Shown here piece by piece: positions 18,375 to 28,812 of a stretch of 64,000 nt of DNA. The notes beneath the pieces were generated by a model, which ran no database searches, was not told the origin of the DNA, and was given only the letters and a program-made list of their open reading frames with translations. Position 1 is the first letter of the stretch; every line of letters starts with the position of its first letter. The stretch covers positions 17,240 through 81,239 of the forward strand of contig JAFVWN010000065.1 in assembly GCA_017501645.1 (NCBI GenBank), given 5' to 3'. This DNA is from Clostridia bacterium. Its GTDB lineage: Bacteria; Bacillota; Clostridia; Christensenellales; UBA1242. The position numbers and the translations under genes were made by a program.

Positions 18375-20348
18375 TTATGCTATTTTAGTTTGCTTTTTAG
18401 GCAATGCAACATACTCCTTTTCTTCAAGTATCACATTTTGTAGATAAGAAGTATCTATTTGATAAGAATTACCGTTTCCTAGAGTCTCAATTTCTACACC
18501 GCTTATCTTTTCACTGTTTGGTGCAAAAGTCAACCCAACTGCAGATTTATACTGCTCGAGCGTATAGCCGTAGTTAACAGTTAAAATTCCACCACTACTA
18601 CTACTATAAAAATACCAGCATTGTCCCCTACCGTTTGGCACACTTTCAGCATTTGCAACATCTGTATATATTACCAACTCGCTTGAACAATATGAAAATG
18701 GTGCCATATAAGGATTGTCCGCCACAATTGTCTCGACAGTGTTTGGTATATAAATGCTTTCAAGTCCTGTGCAATTATTAAACGCCCTCCTCTCTATACT
18801 AGTTACACTATTACCTATTATTACTCTTGTTAAGCCTATGCAATTATGAAATGAACCTTCTCCTATACTTACTACACTGTCATCTATTATTAAACTTGTT
18901 AATCCCTCACAATCACTAAATGACAAATATCCTATACTTGTTACACTATCTGGTATTGTCAAACTTCCGGTTAATCCACTGCAAGAAGAGAATGCATAAT
19001 CACCTATACTCATTACACCATCCGGAATTACTAAATTTCCTGTAAATCCAGAGCAAAGAGCAAATGTATATTCCTTTATATTCGTTACATTGTTAGAAAT
19101 CGATAATGTTCCCGTCATCCCCATGCAATTATAAAATGCATATGAACCTATACTTGTTAAATTATTTGGAATTGTCAAACCTCCGGTTAATCCACTACAA
19201 CCAGCGAATGCAGAATTTCCTATACTTGTTAAATTATTTGGAATTGTCAAACCTCCAGTTAATCCACTACAACCAGCGAATGCAGAATTTCCTATACTTG
19301 TTAAATTATTTGGAATTGTCAAACCCCCGGTTAATCCACTGCAATAAGAGAATGCAGAATTACCTATACTTGTTATATTGTTATGAATATTTATACTCTT
19401 GATATTACAGTTATAATCACCCAAATCCGTATCAAAACAAGCAATAGGAACTTCTGTTATCTCACTTGAAAATGTTATATTTACCGAACCACAAGAATTA
19501 AATTTTCCTTTGAATGCAAAATCTGCAATTGTTGTTACTGTTTTTCCATCATACTCTCTTGGCATTACAAGATTAAACTCTGTACCACTATAAGAGACTG
19601 CACTGTTTTTAGTTATTTTATATCCGTCAGCACCATCTGTTGTAAATGTAAACAAACTTGGGTCTACCGTTCTTGTATATAAATTTACATCTCCATTAGA
19701 TAAATCTATAGTATTATTTTTTATTGTTGTTCTTAGTTCACTATCCAAAAAATACCCACAACAAGATTCATAATCAAGAGGCATTTCCTCTTCATAAATA
19801 GTATATGTATCGCCTGTCTTTTTCATTGTTTTGGCAGGAGTTGTTGCATCATCTACATAAATATTTATATTTGTCCCTGGGCCAATTACGATTGCACCAT
19901 CTTCTGCGTAAATATGTAAGTCTTGATCTTCTCCACAACCACTAAAACCGTCTGCGTTGTTTTCGTAATTGAAAGTTCCACCACTTTCAACATAAACAGC
20001 ACCACCCAAATCAGCAACACAGTTTTCTATTGTTCCGCCGTCAAAATTGAATGTTCCTCCATTTGCAACATAAACAGCTCCACCATTTGTTGCACTGCAG
20101 TTTTTAATCTTTCCGCCAGTCATTGTAAAGGTTGCACCTTCTCCAACATAGATAGCTCCACCATTATTTCCAACGCTATTAGAAATTGTTCCGCCCGCCA
20201 TATTAAAAACAGCATTCTCTTCGAGAACAATTTGGCTTGAATACGCAAACGCATTAACATTGCTATAATTATTTGAAGCAAAAGAAAAGCCTAGGCACAT
20301 TATACCCAGTGCAAATACAAAACTTAAAATTGCTTTTAGTTTTTTCAT
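18375..20348 (-). CDS. Secreted BspA-like leucine-rich-repeat (TpLRR) surface protein with N-terminal GGA(I/V)YV stalk
   Basis: Signal peptide; GGAIYV/GGAVYV repeats; many LTIP..(L/V)TSIG..AF..C.GLT repeats. Confidence 0.9.
   Translation of the reverse strand: MKKLKAILSFVFALGIMCLGFSFASNNYSNVNAFAYSSQIVLEENAVFNMAGGTISNSVGNNGGAIYVGEGATFTMTGGKIKNCSATNGGAVYVANGGTFNFDGGTIENCVADLGGAVYVESGGTFNYENNADGFSGCGEDQDLHIYAEDGAIVIGPGTNINIYVDDATTPAKTMKKTGDTYTIYEEEMPLDYESCCGYFLDSELRTTIKNNTIDLSNGDVNLYTRTVDPSLFTFTTDGADGYKITKNSAVSYSGTEFNLVMPREYDGKTVTTIADFAFKGKFNSCGSVNITFSSEITEVPIACFDTDLGDYNCNIKSINIHNNITSIGNSAFSYCSGLTGGLTIPNNLTSIGNSAFAGCSGLTGGLTIPNNLTSIGNSAFAGCSGLTGGLTIPNNLTSIGSYAFYNCMGMTGTLSISNNVTNIKEYTFALCSGFTGNLVIPDGVMSIGDYAFSSCSGLTGSLTIPDSVTSIGYLSFSDCEGLTSLIIDDSVVSIGEGSFHNCIGLTRVIIGNSVTSIERRAFNNCTGLESIYIPNTVETIVADNPYMAPFSYCSSELVIYTDVANAESVPNGRGQCWYFYSSSSGGILTVNYGYTLEQYKSAVGLTFAPNSEKISGVEIETLGNGNSYQIDTSYLQNVILEEKEYVALPKKQTKIA
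19147..19362. repeat. Three near-identical 72-bp tandem repeats (24-aa LRR units)
   Basis: cctatacttgttaaattatttggaattgtcaaacc recurs at 19147, 19219 and 19291; first two copies differ at one base. Confidence 0.9.
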
Positions 20349-20491
20349 TCCTTTTTTCCGCCTTTTTCTTTAGTTTAAACCTTTACACATATTATTATAT
20401 ATAATATTTTCAAAATCTCCAAATAAAATTAAACACTATTTTAATTTTTTTTTATTTTCTCCTCTATGCAACTTTTCCTAGTATAAAGACA

Positions 20492-20665
20492 TTATATTTT
20501 GAAAAGCTACGCTTTTAGTTCCTACGGAAGACAAAACTCTGTTTTGTGATTCATCATTACTATACCCCAAGCGGAGCAACTTTATATTTGAAAAGCTTCG
20601 CTTTTAGTTCCTACGGAAAGCGAAAACAAGTTTCGCCTTCATTCATCATTTTTCATTCATCATTG
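20492..20665. repeat. Two tandem copies of the triple-hairpin element (20502-20547, 20591-20636) plus heptamer repeats
   Basis: aaaagc-tac/ttc-gctttt, ttcc-tac-ggaa, acaaaac-tct-gttttgt or gcgaaa-acaag-tttcgc. Confidence 0.85.
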
Positions 20666-20668
20666 CCT

Positions 20669-20702
20669 AGTCTACCCCCCCCCAAAAAAAATTTTTTATC
20701 AA
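20669..20702 (-). promoter_or_regulatory. Homolog of the poly-G promoter (A5-T8-G9 spacer)
   Basis: Minus strand TTGATA-aaaaa-T8-G9-TAGACT, spacer 22 nt; flanks ctagtcta and tcaagc....taagtt shared with 2954-2999. Confidence 0.65.
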
Positions 20703-20797
20703 GCGAATTAAGTTGGCGTTTTTAATGTTTTTAATTTTTACCTTTATAAAAAATGCACAAAAAAAACACTGGCGAACCAGTGTTTTGATTTTAAAAA

Positions 20798-20992
20798 CTA
20801 ATTAGCTTTCTTTTGGTCTTTTGCAACCTTCCAGCAAAAGATACATACATATACAGCCAATGCAACAATAACTGCAGAAAGAACAATTGATACCCAGTCA
20901 GCCTTCATTACAACTAAGCAAACAACAGCAACTGCCAAACATACAAAAATTGAAACAAGACTTAAAATTAAACCTTTTTTAGAAATATCCAT
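20798..20992 (-). CDS. Small two-TM membrane protein
   Basis: AAAGGAG RBS; two hydrophobic helices; terminator hairpin at about 20760-20786. Confidence 0.6.
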   Translation of the reverse strand: MDISKKGLILSLVSIFVCLAVAVVCLVVMKADWVSIVLSAVIVALAVYVCIFCWKVAKDQKKAN

Positions 20993-21070
20993 AAATGTTA
21001 TCTCCTTTCTTAAACTGTATATATTTTAACATATATTTTATGTAAATACTAGACCTTTTTTGAAAAAAGT

Positions 21071-22246
21071 TTATATTTTTATAAGGTTTAATATCGCTTT
21101 TGATATGTCATTTTGCTTAGAATCGCCCATTTTATCAAACTCTGACATTCTTTCTTGATATTTCTTAATGATTTCAACCATTTTTTCATCTCTAATTCTT
21201 GAGTTTTTATAAACCAAAATATAAAGAACCGAACCAAAATTTATAAGATCACTTTTATGGTCACACCCTTCAATAAACTCGATTGAGCTTTGTAAAAATG
21301 CATCTTCATCAAAATCGTATAAATGTGTTTTTAAATTCAAATCAATAAGCATATACTCCATATCTAAATCAAAATCCTTAGGCACAGTCATAAGCTCAGT
21401 TATTGCAGTAATTCTTCTTTTTTCTTCTTTTGACAGGTCTTCTTTACCAAGATACGCATCATGTATTTCCGCTAAAATGTACTTATATTTATCTTTTAAT
21501 TTTCCTTTAGTTTCATAGTCAAATTCTAAAAACTTCTTTTTGTTTTGTTCAAAGTCACCCTCGAGCATTTGGGAAATCTTTAAATCAATCCCCTCAATTC
21601 CCCTAACTTCTTTCAAAAGTTTCTTTCTTTGCCTTTCTTCTGCTTGTTTATACCTAAACCTTTTGTAAAGTTTTTTACCGTGCTCTGTATTCTCATAATT
21701 AATTCTACTAAAAGTTAAAAAAGCAACATAAGCAAGAATAATTAAGGATAAAACAATTATTCCAACATAACTATCCAAAAACGCCCAAAAGAAACCAACA
21801 ACAGCAACTTTTTCCACCTGCTTACCAATTATGCAAACCTGCTTAATTGTTTTTGTTTCACCGTTTCTTAGCTTTATAACAACATCCTCTCCAGCCATTG
21901 AAACAAGTTTACCGCTTCCCTCTTCAGTATTGGTTGAAAAACAAATAATATCCCCAGCCTTTGCTGTATTTATGTTTTTATAAGGCTTTATAATTATTAA
22001 ATCACAAGATGAAGCATTATAATGATTTTCAACATTAAATTCTGCAGTACAATAAGTGTTTAACCCCTCAGGATACAAATCTGTTGCAAAATTAAAAATA
22101 TACGAAATAAAAAGCAATGCAAATAAAACCACCAAAAAAACAGTTCTTAAGACTATTTTATGTGGTTTCTCTTTTGCTTGAGTTTCCATATTTGGATTAT
22201 CAAGCAAAGAATTATTTACTATTGCTCTCCTTTCTTTTTTATTCAT
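21071..22246 (-). CDS. Membrane protein with degenerate signal-peptidase-like N-terminal domain and cytoplasmic helical C-terminus
   Basis: TM - DLIIIK..AGDIICF...IIGK - TM layout parallels the SipW-like protein but lacks S.SM and THR. Confidence 0.5.
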   Translation of the reverse strand: MNKKERRAIVNNSLLDNPNMETQAKEKPHKIVLRTVFLVVLFALLFISYIFNFATDLYPEGLNTYCTAEFNVENHYNASSCDLIIIKPYKNINTAKAGDIICFSTNTEEGSGKLVSMAGEDVVIKLRNGETKTIKQVCIIGKQVEKVAVVGFFWAFLDSYVGIIVLSLIILAYVAFLTFSRINYENTEHGKKLYKRFRYKQAEERQRKKLLKEVRGIEGIDLKISQMLEGDFEQNKKKFLEFDYETKGKLKDKYKYILAEIHDAYLGKEDLSKEEKRRITAITELMTVPKDFDLDMEYMLIDLNLKTHLYDFDEDAFLQSSIEFIEGCDHKSDLINFGSVLYILVYKNSRIRDEKMVEIIKKYQERMSEFDKMGDSKQNDISKAILNLIKI

Positions 22247-22260
22247 TTCTTTTCCTTTTG

Positions 22261-22530
22261 TTATGATAAATCTATCAAAAGCAAAGTTCTACTTGCATCA
22301 ATATTTACTTTTTTATAAACATTTTTGTGGGAAAGAACATTCCTTATGTAATCCTTAAGGACTGTGCCTTTATGATACCCGTGAGTAATAAGCACACCTT
22401 TAATAAAGACATCAATCTTGTTCAAGGTGTGCAAAATTTCAGCTTTCGCTTCTTCTAAAGTAAGACCGTGAACATCAAGTTCATAAATCTTACCATATTT
22501 AATCTCTAAAAACCCCAATTGTTCGCTCAT
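22261..22530 (-). CDS. Stand-alone Smr domain protein
   Basis: LDVHGLT.EEA, ITHGYH.GT.LK. Confidence 0.85.
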   Translation of the reverse strand: MSEQLGFLEIKYGKIYELDVHGLTLEEAKAEILHTLNKIDVFIKGVLITHGYHKGTVLKDYIRNVLSHKNVYKKVNIDASRTLLLIDLS

Positions 22531-23804
22531 TACTCACTAACAGATGTTGGATTGCCTCCAGCAAAACCAACAATTCTGCCCTCACTATCAGTAATAGCAT
22601 CATTTCTCATAAATCTTTGGTCCCAATAAGTATATTTATAATAAACTTTAGCACCATTTTCTTCTGTATATCTTTCATAGAAAGAATTTACTTTGTTGAT
22701 ATATGCAGAACTTGTTTTCTCTCCTAAATAATAGAAAGTCAAATTCTCTTCTTTTTTATCGTGCCAGAATTTTACTGTTACACTTTCAACACCTGTAGGC
22801 ACAACAATCTTGTAATAGTTACCAAGACGAAGAAGTTCAGTTGCTTCACCAAATGAACTTTGAGCACCTGAGTGATTATCCCCTGTTACATCTTTAAATT
22901 GACCATTTGTATAAACAACTCTAATTTTTGCATAAATAGCACTAATATCTGCACTTAAATAAACATTTTGAATTTTTTGTTCGCCATCTTTGATTATTCC
23001 AGAACCATAGATATTTCCAGAAGCATCAAAATTTGGGTCTTCGTTAAGCATTAATTGAATATCCGCAATATAGTTACCAAGGACATTAACACAAACAGCA
23101 AAAGTATCAGTTGTTACTAATCCTGCCCCATCTTTATGTTTTGCTTGAAGAGTTATATATTCTCTCGCAGACCCCTCACTTTGTTTAGCGTTAATTACAA
23201 GTTGTGAAGTTGCGTCATCTACATAAATATCATCAAACACATCTTGATTGTAATCTTTAACAACAACCATTTGACTTAAATTAATATTTTCACTAATAGT
23301 TCCCTTTTTTGCTTGAAAATCGAAACGATAATCTCTATCATCAGCATAAATAGTAACTTCATTGGCACTATCTGCTTCTGCATCAATTATTGCAAATGAA
23401 TTAGGAATGTTTTCTTTTACATTAAGAACAAAACTATCCTTAACCACATCACTTTCTGCTGGCATAACTGAAATAATAGCTTTACCTGTGTTATGATATG
23501 AAACTTTATATACATTCTCGTGTTTTGCAACCGTAGCTACTGCGACATTTGAAGATGTTACGACATAATTCAAAAGAGAAGATGTATCAGATTCAATTTT
23601 TATATCAAAATTATTTTTGCTAACAGCTGTCAAATAAACATCTTTTTCAAAAAGTTCTTCTTCTGTTGTTGCGTCAACAAGCCTTAAATCATAAACTGTC
23701 GTTGTTGAAAGATTACTAAGCATAGAAACAGCTACTAGTGCCGCAATACCAACCAGCAAAAACACAACAACTACAATTATGGCCTTTTTTAATTTTGGAC
23801 TCAT
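22530..23804 (-). CDS. Membrane-anchored extracellular beta-rich (Ig-like) protein
   Basis: N-terminal TM; SSNVAVATV..G.A.I.V Big_2-like motif. Confidence 0.6.
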   Translation of the reverse strand: MSPKLKKAIIVVVVFLLVGIAALVAVSMLSNLSTTTVYDLRLVDATTEEELFEKDVYLTAVSKNNFDIKIESDTSSLLNYVVTSSNVAVATVAKHENVYKVSYHNTGKAIISVMPAESDVVKDSFVLNVKENIPNSFAIIDAEADSANEVTIYADDRDYRFDFQAKKGTISENINLSQMVVVKDYNQDVFDDIYVDDATSQLVINAKQSEGSAREYITLQAKHKDGAGLVTTDTFAVCVNVLGNYIADIQLMLNEDPNFDASGNIYGSGIIKDGEQKIQNVYLSADISAIYAKIRVVYTNGQFKDVTGDNHSGAQSSFGEATELLRLGNYYKIVVPTGVESVTVKFWHDKKEENLTFYYLGEKTSSAYINKVNSFYERYTEENGAKVYYKYTYWDQRFMRNDAITDSEGRIVGFAGGNPTSVSE

Positions 23805-24048
23805 ATTCCCCTCTTTATATTTTTTAGATTTCTTTACTATTTTATTTTAGAGCATAAAAAAATTGTTGTCAAATAAAAGTGGGCAAATAAATTATTTATC
23901 CCACATTTTTCTTTTAGTTTTTACCTAAATCATACAAAATATTAACTTTTTTCTATTTTCAAGAATAAAAACCTCTTAATTAAATTGTCTTTACAAATAA
24001 AAAAGACAATAAAAAAGCGGACTTTCGCCCGCTTTCATTTTTTTTTAT

Positions 24049-26757
24049 TTATGCAAGTTGTGTATAAGTTACATCAATTACTTCAGTAGGTTCTACTGTT
24101 GCAGTTGTTGAACCGTTAATGAACCAAGCATAGCTTGAACCATAACTCGCAGTCTTACCCGCACCAAGAGTAAGTCTTATTAATTGACCACCTTGTTGTG
24201 TACGGACGAATGTGAAAGTGTCTTCATCTGCAACAATTTCAACATCTGTAGCCTTACAGCTAGAAAGATTTAGAGTTTCAGCACTATTTGAGTTAAGAAC
24301 ACCAATAATAGCACCAATAGCTCTTACTCTCCAAGCATCAGTTGAATCAACAGACTCAGTCTTAAAGCCTGCAGTAATTTTTAAATCATTAACTGTTGAG
24401 TTAGTAATAGTTGTTTTTGCAATAGAAACATTTAAGAATGCATCTACATTTTCTGCACCACCAACAGGAGTTGAAATAGAGCCAATTAAACCACCAGCAC
24501 TAAATACGCCAAGTTCTTCTGTTTCAAAGATTACTCTTTCGTCAGTGTAGTTGAAGTAAACTTCGCCTGAAACAACACAGTTATTAACAGTTAAACCAAT
24601 TGAACTAACATCTCCTGTGTATCTTGCGATAAGACCACCAAAGAATGTTGCACCATACATCTTTGTTGTATCAACATCTTTGTTTGCATTAACAATTACA
24701 TTGATGTTTTCCAAAACTGCACCAGCACTAGCTTCACAAACTGCACCTGCAACCATATAAGTTGTAGAGAAGTTCTTTTCTTCCTTAGTATAGTTATATG
24801 AAGTAATAGTTGCATTTACATCAACATTAGAAATTACAGCAGTGCCTACTTTGTAAGCAAAACCTGACATATTGATTGAGTCTTTAATAGAAGCAACAAC
24901 ATCAAAGTTAGAAATTGTTGGGATAATGTTTGAAACCTTATCTGTCTTAGCAACGAAACCTGCTGCATAAGTAGATTTTCTTGCATTTACAACATTAGCT
25001 CTGTCGTTAGCGTTAAGAATTAAAGCACCTGTAGCTTTGATTTCAACTTTAACAGAAGTCATATCACTAGTTTCTACATCCACAAAACCAGTAATTACAC
25101 CGGCATTATCGAATACGAAACCGGCAGACATATTAGCCTTAATTACAATATCAACAACAGGAGCATCAAATGCTTTTGTATAAGAAATTGCAGAACCTGC
25201 ATTGTTTTGATGAACAAAACCTGCAACTGTGTTACCAGAAATAACACCAGAAACTGTAACATCTTTAATAGTTAAACCAGTTTGAGCTGTACCTGTTTGC
25301 TCTTTACCAGCATTAACAACAGCACCAGCAATATCTCCACCAAGCATATAGACATCAATACCGGCAACATCAACATTTTCAATTCTGCTGATAAAGCCGT
25401 TAGTATAACCTGCACTCTTGATTTCAATGTGTGCAGTGATACCACCAACAACTGTTGGAGTTTCAAGAGTATAATCAATAGAACTTCTAGCTGAAGTATC
25501 TACTACTTTGAAGCTCTTAACTTTGCTGTCAACAATTGCAGAGTTATAAGTTGCACCAGCAACACCACCAACAAATGATTTATTGCTGTAAAGAGCAGTT
25601 GCTGTAAAATCAACTTCTACCCCACTAATAACTGTCATATCTGTTACTGTAACTTCGTGTTCACCATAGATAGTACCCTTAGTAGAGTCTGCATATCCAA
25701 CAACACCACCAATGTAAGAACCTTCAAGACCAACATGATTGTTAATAACATTTACATTAACAGCATAGTCACTAACTCTTACAAGGTTACCAGCACCAAC
25801 AAGACCACCAATACCGTGTCTTGCACCACCAGTGTAGCTGAAACCATTAATTCTTGAAACAACACTAGCTTTCTTAGTAACTGTTCCGTCTTCAGCAGTT
25901 TCAATAGCACCAGAAATTGTTGTGTTATAAGCATTACCAACTAAAGCACCAATAGAAACTCTCTTAACTACATCATAAACATCAGTTTCTGGAGCATCAG
26001 CAGATGCAAATTGTTCATAAACTTCTGCACCAACAGAAATTTTTGCATTTGCAATGCTTAAATTCTTAATTGTTGCAAAACTTGTGTTTCCAAAGAAACC
26101 AAGGTCAAGATAAGCGTTTTTAGAACCATCCTTAGTAACAACTGTTAAAAACTCTTCATAGTTTTCCATATCAACATCAATTGTTAAACCTTTAACAGTG
26201 TGGCCGTTACCATCAAATGTACCAGAATAACCAGTATCTTCGTGACCACCAATTGGCTTCCAGTTGTAAGCTGAAATATCAACATCAGCAACGAGCTTTG
26301 TATAAGCAGGAGTATCTTGATTTAGAGCATTAGCAATATCAGCAAACTCTTTTAAGTGCTCTGCACTTGCAATGATATATGCATCATCAGCAGAAGTACC
26401 TTCTCCTTGCTTATAAACTTTTATAATATAAGTTGTAGTTTTTCTCTTTGAATTTTTAACTACAGCAGTAAGGCCACCATTAACATCACCAGCAGTATAT
26501 TTACCAGTTAATTGGTCATATACAAGTGGAGACTCAGCAGTGTCCGCATCAAGAGTAACTGTTAGGTTACCATCTGCAGTGCTATAGCCATCAAGTACAG
26601 AAACAGCATCACCTGTTCTGTATGCCATACTAATAGTAATATTAGTAGGATCAGGAACTTTATTGCCAACAACAACACTTACGATAGTGTAAATACCTAA
26701 AGATAAAGTAGCAACAAGTCCAATAATAAGAGATGAAATTAAACCCTTTTTAGACAT
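24049..26757 (-). CDS. Large membrane-anchored surface protein with GLUG-like/beta-helix repeats
   Basis: N-terminal TM; G.GT..D.Y.I...E.L, W.PIG, Y.GTFDGNGHT..GL, repeated IGGLVG/VGGVAG. Confidence 0.75.
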   Translation of the reverse strand: MSKKGLISSLIIGLVATLSLGIYTIVSVVVGNKVPDPTNITISMAYRTGDAVSVLDGYSTADGNLTVTLDADTAESPLVYDQLTGKYTAGDVNGGLTAVVKNSKRKTTTYIIKVYKQGEGTSADDAYIIASAEHLKEFADIANALNQDTPAYTKLVADVDISAYNWKPIGGHEDTGYSGTFDGNGHTVKGLTIDVDMENYEEFLTVVTKDGSKNAYLDLGFFGNTSFATIKNLSIANAKISVGAEVYEQFASADAPETDVYDVVKRVSIGALVGNAYNTTISGAIETAEDGTVTKKASVVSRINGFSYTGGARHGIGGLVGAGNLVRVSDYAVNVNVINNHVGLEGSYIGGVVGYADSTKGTIYGEHEVTVTDMTVISGVEVDFTATALYSNKSFVGGVAGATYNSAIVDSKVKSFKVVDTSARSSIDYTLETPTVVGGITAHIEIKSAGYTNGFISRIENVDVAGIDVYMLGGDIAGAVVNAGKEQTGTAQTGLTIKDVTVSGVISGNTVAGFVHQNNAGSAISYTKAFDAPVVDIVIKANMSAGFVFDNAGVITGFVDVETSDMTSVKVEIKATGALILNANDRANVVNARKSTYAAGFVAKTDKVSNIIPTISNFDVVASIKDSINMSGFAYKVGTAVISNVDVNATITSYNYTKEEKNFSTTYMVAGAVCEASAGAVLENINVIVNANKDVDTTKMYGATFFGGLIARYTGDVSSIGLTVNNCVVSGEVYFNYTDERVIFETEELGVFSAGGLIGSISTPVGGAENVDAFLNVSIAKTTITNSTVNDLKITAGFKTESVDSTDAWRVRAIGAIIGVLNSNSAETLNLSSCKATDVEIVADEDTFTFVRTQQGGQLIRLTLGAGKTASYGSSYAWFINGSTTATVEPTEVIDVTYTQLA

Positions 26758-26929
26758 AATATTCCTCCTATATATGCATATGCATATTTAAGTTAGTAAA
26801 AGTATATCGTAGATAAGGCTTAAAGTCAATACCCATTTTTAAAGAAAATCAAAAAAAGAGCCATTTTTTTAATAAAAAATAGCCCTTTTTGCACTTTTTA
26901 TGAAGTTTTTTACACCTTTTTCTAGGTTT

Positions 26930-27922
26930 CTAGTATAAAAACTGCACAACTATAGTTGTTTGTATTCTTACAAGAGAACCAGTATCATCTGTTGTCTTAG
27001 AGCGAAGCGTAAGCACTACACTCGCCTTATCATCTTCGTCAAGTTCAATGTTTGTTTCATCTTTTAACTTAAGATAAACACCATCGGCCTTTTCAACAAT
27101 CTCAAACAAATTATCATTTGAAATCATCACATCAAAATCGGTTAATTCAATCAAGAAATCTCTTGATGAGAAATATCTTACAGATATTTTCTCTTCTAAA
27201 GCAGTACCACTCTCAATTTGAACGGTTTGTGTTAATCCGTCTTTTAAAACAAACAAGTTTCCAAATGTTGCAAAACTGCTTTCAATAGAGTCAACAACCT
27301 TAAGACCAATACTGTCGCTTAGACCTATCATCTCATCTCCTGCAGAATTAAAAATACTTACAGCAATTGTTGCCTCTCCACTTCTTCCAGTAGAACGAAC
27401 AGCAAGACTCGACTCATCTAAAATCTCTATAACACTTGGATTTGAACTTGTCATTTTATAAACAAATTCACCATTTTCACAAGACCTATCCCCAGCCTTA
27501 AAAGTTCCCTTAAGGTCTAGATATTTTACAAGCCCCGCATTAATGATGCCTTCATTTGCTCCAAGGTCAACTTTTGTTGGATATTCTTTTAATCTAACCT
27601 CACAAGAATCTTCCAAAGAGTTAAGTTTAGCTTTTACAATAATTGATGTAAAGTTTGAATCTGTAACTTTGATTGCACCACGCCTAAATTCAAAGCTGTC
27701 TTCCAATGTATAGTCTGCTTCAAGTTCATATGATATATAATCTCTTCCAGCTGTTGAAGGATAAACTTTATAATCAAGAAAGGTACTCACTCCATAGTCA
27801 ACATAAAAAACATCACGCACAAACTCTATGCCTGAAGGTTGTCCCCCTCCTTGTATACCACAACCTGTGAATAAAAGAAGGCTTGCTATGCACACTGATA
27901 ATAAGCTTAAAATCTTTTTCAT
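26930..27922 (-). CDS. Lipoprotein with Ig-like (Big_2-like) segments
   Basis: Lipobox LFTGC; V.PS.A and SSNPSVI..G.ATI motifs. Confidence 0.7.
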   Translation of the reverse strand: MKKILSLLSVCIASLLLFTGCGIQGGGQPSGIEFVRDVFYVDYGVSTFLDYKVYPSTAGRDYISYELEADYTLEDSFEFRRGAIKVTDSNFTSIIVKAKLNSLEDSCEVRLKEYPTKVDLGANEGIINAGLVKYLDLKGTFKAGDRSCENGEFVYKMTSSNPSVIEILDESSLAVRSTGRSGEATIAVSIFNSAGDEMIGLSDSIGLKVVDSIESSFATFGNLFVLKDGLTQTVQIESGTALEEKISVRYFSSRDFLIELTDFDVMISNDNLFEIVEKADGVYLKLKDETNIELDEDDKASVVLTLRSKTTDDTGSLVRIQTTIVVQFLY

Positions 27923-28062
27923 TATACCCGCCTATTTCTATTATGTATTAATTATAAACATTTTAGTCTTCAGTTGTCAAACATAATAAAGCATAGTTTT
28001 TTATAAATCTTACTTGCAATTGTGTTTTTTTATGTGTACAATTATAAAAATTGGAGCAAATT

Positions 28063-28812
28063 ATGGAAAATAAACGATTAAAACAGAAAATTATCAAAAA
28101 TATGATAAGAGCTATTAAAGAGTATAATATGATTGAAGAAGGAGACACTATTGCCGTTGGGGTCTCTGGAGGAAAAGACAGCCTTGTGCTTCTTGACTGC
28201 CTTGCAACCATTAAAAGTTACAAAAAAGTCAACTTCAATATTATCGCAATAACTATCAACCAAGGATTTCCTGCTGGTAGTTTTGATAAGGTTCAAGAAC
28301 TTACTCAAAAACTAGATATTCCTTATCATATTTACGATACTGATATTTTTGAAATTATTTTTAATGTTAGAAAAGAAAAAAATCCTTGCAGTTTATGTGC
28401 AAAAATGAGAAGGGGTGCTCTTTGTGATAAAGCAAAAGAACTAGGAGCAAACAAAATTGCACTTGGCCACCACGCGGACGATATGGTCGAAACTTTTTTA
28501 ATGAGTTTCATATACGAGGGCAGGCTTTCAACATTTATGCCAGTAACCCATATGAGCAGGTCTGGAATCACTGCAATTCGCCCAATGATGCTTGTGAGCG
28601 AAAAAGATATTGCTTGTTATAGTAGAGACCTACCAATTGTTCACAACCCTTGCCCTGCCGACAAGCACACAACAAGAGAATATGTAAAAGATATTTTGAA
28701 AGGAATAAAATCTTCAGTTAAAATAAGTGAAGCAAATATGTTAAACGCCTTAACCCACCCTGAAAGATACAACCTTTTGGACAAAATGAAAGATTCTTCA
28801 CAAGAAGATTAA
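28063..28812 (+). CDS. ttcA: tRNA 2-thiocytidine biosynthesis protein TtcA family
   Basis: PP-loop SGGKDS, PCSLCAKMRRG, ALGHH.DD, IRPM, NPCP. Confidence 0.9.
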   Translation: MENKRLKQKIIKNMIRAIKEYNMIEEGDTIAVGVSGGKDSLVLLDCLATIKSYKKVNFNIIAITINQGFPAGSFDKVQELTQKLDIPYHIYDTDIFEIIFNVRKEKNPCSLCAKMRRGALCDKAKELGANKIALGHHADDMVETFLMSFIYEGRLSTFMPVTHMSRSGITAIRPMMLVSEKDIACYSRDLPIVHNPCPADKHTTREYVKDILKGIKSSVKISEANMLNALTHPERYNLLDKMKDSSQED

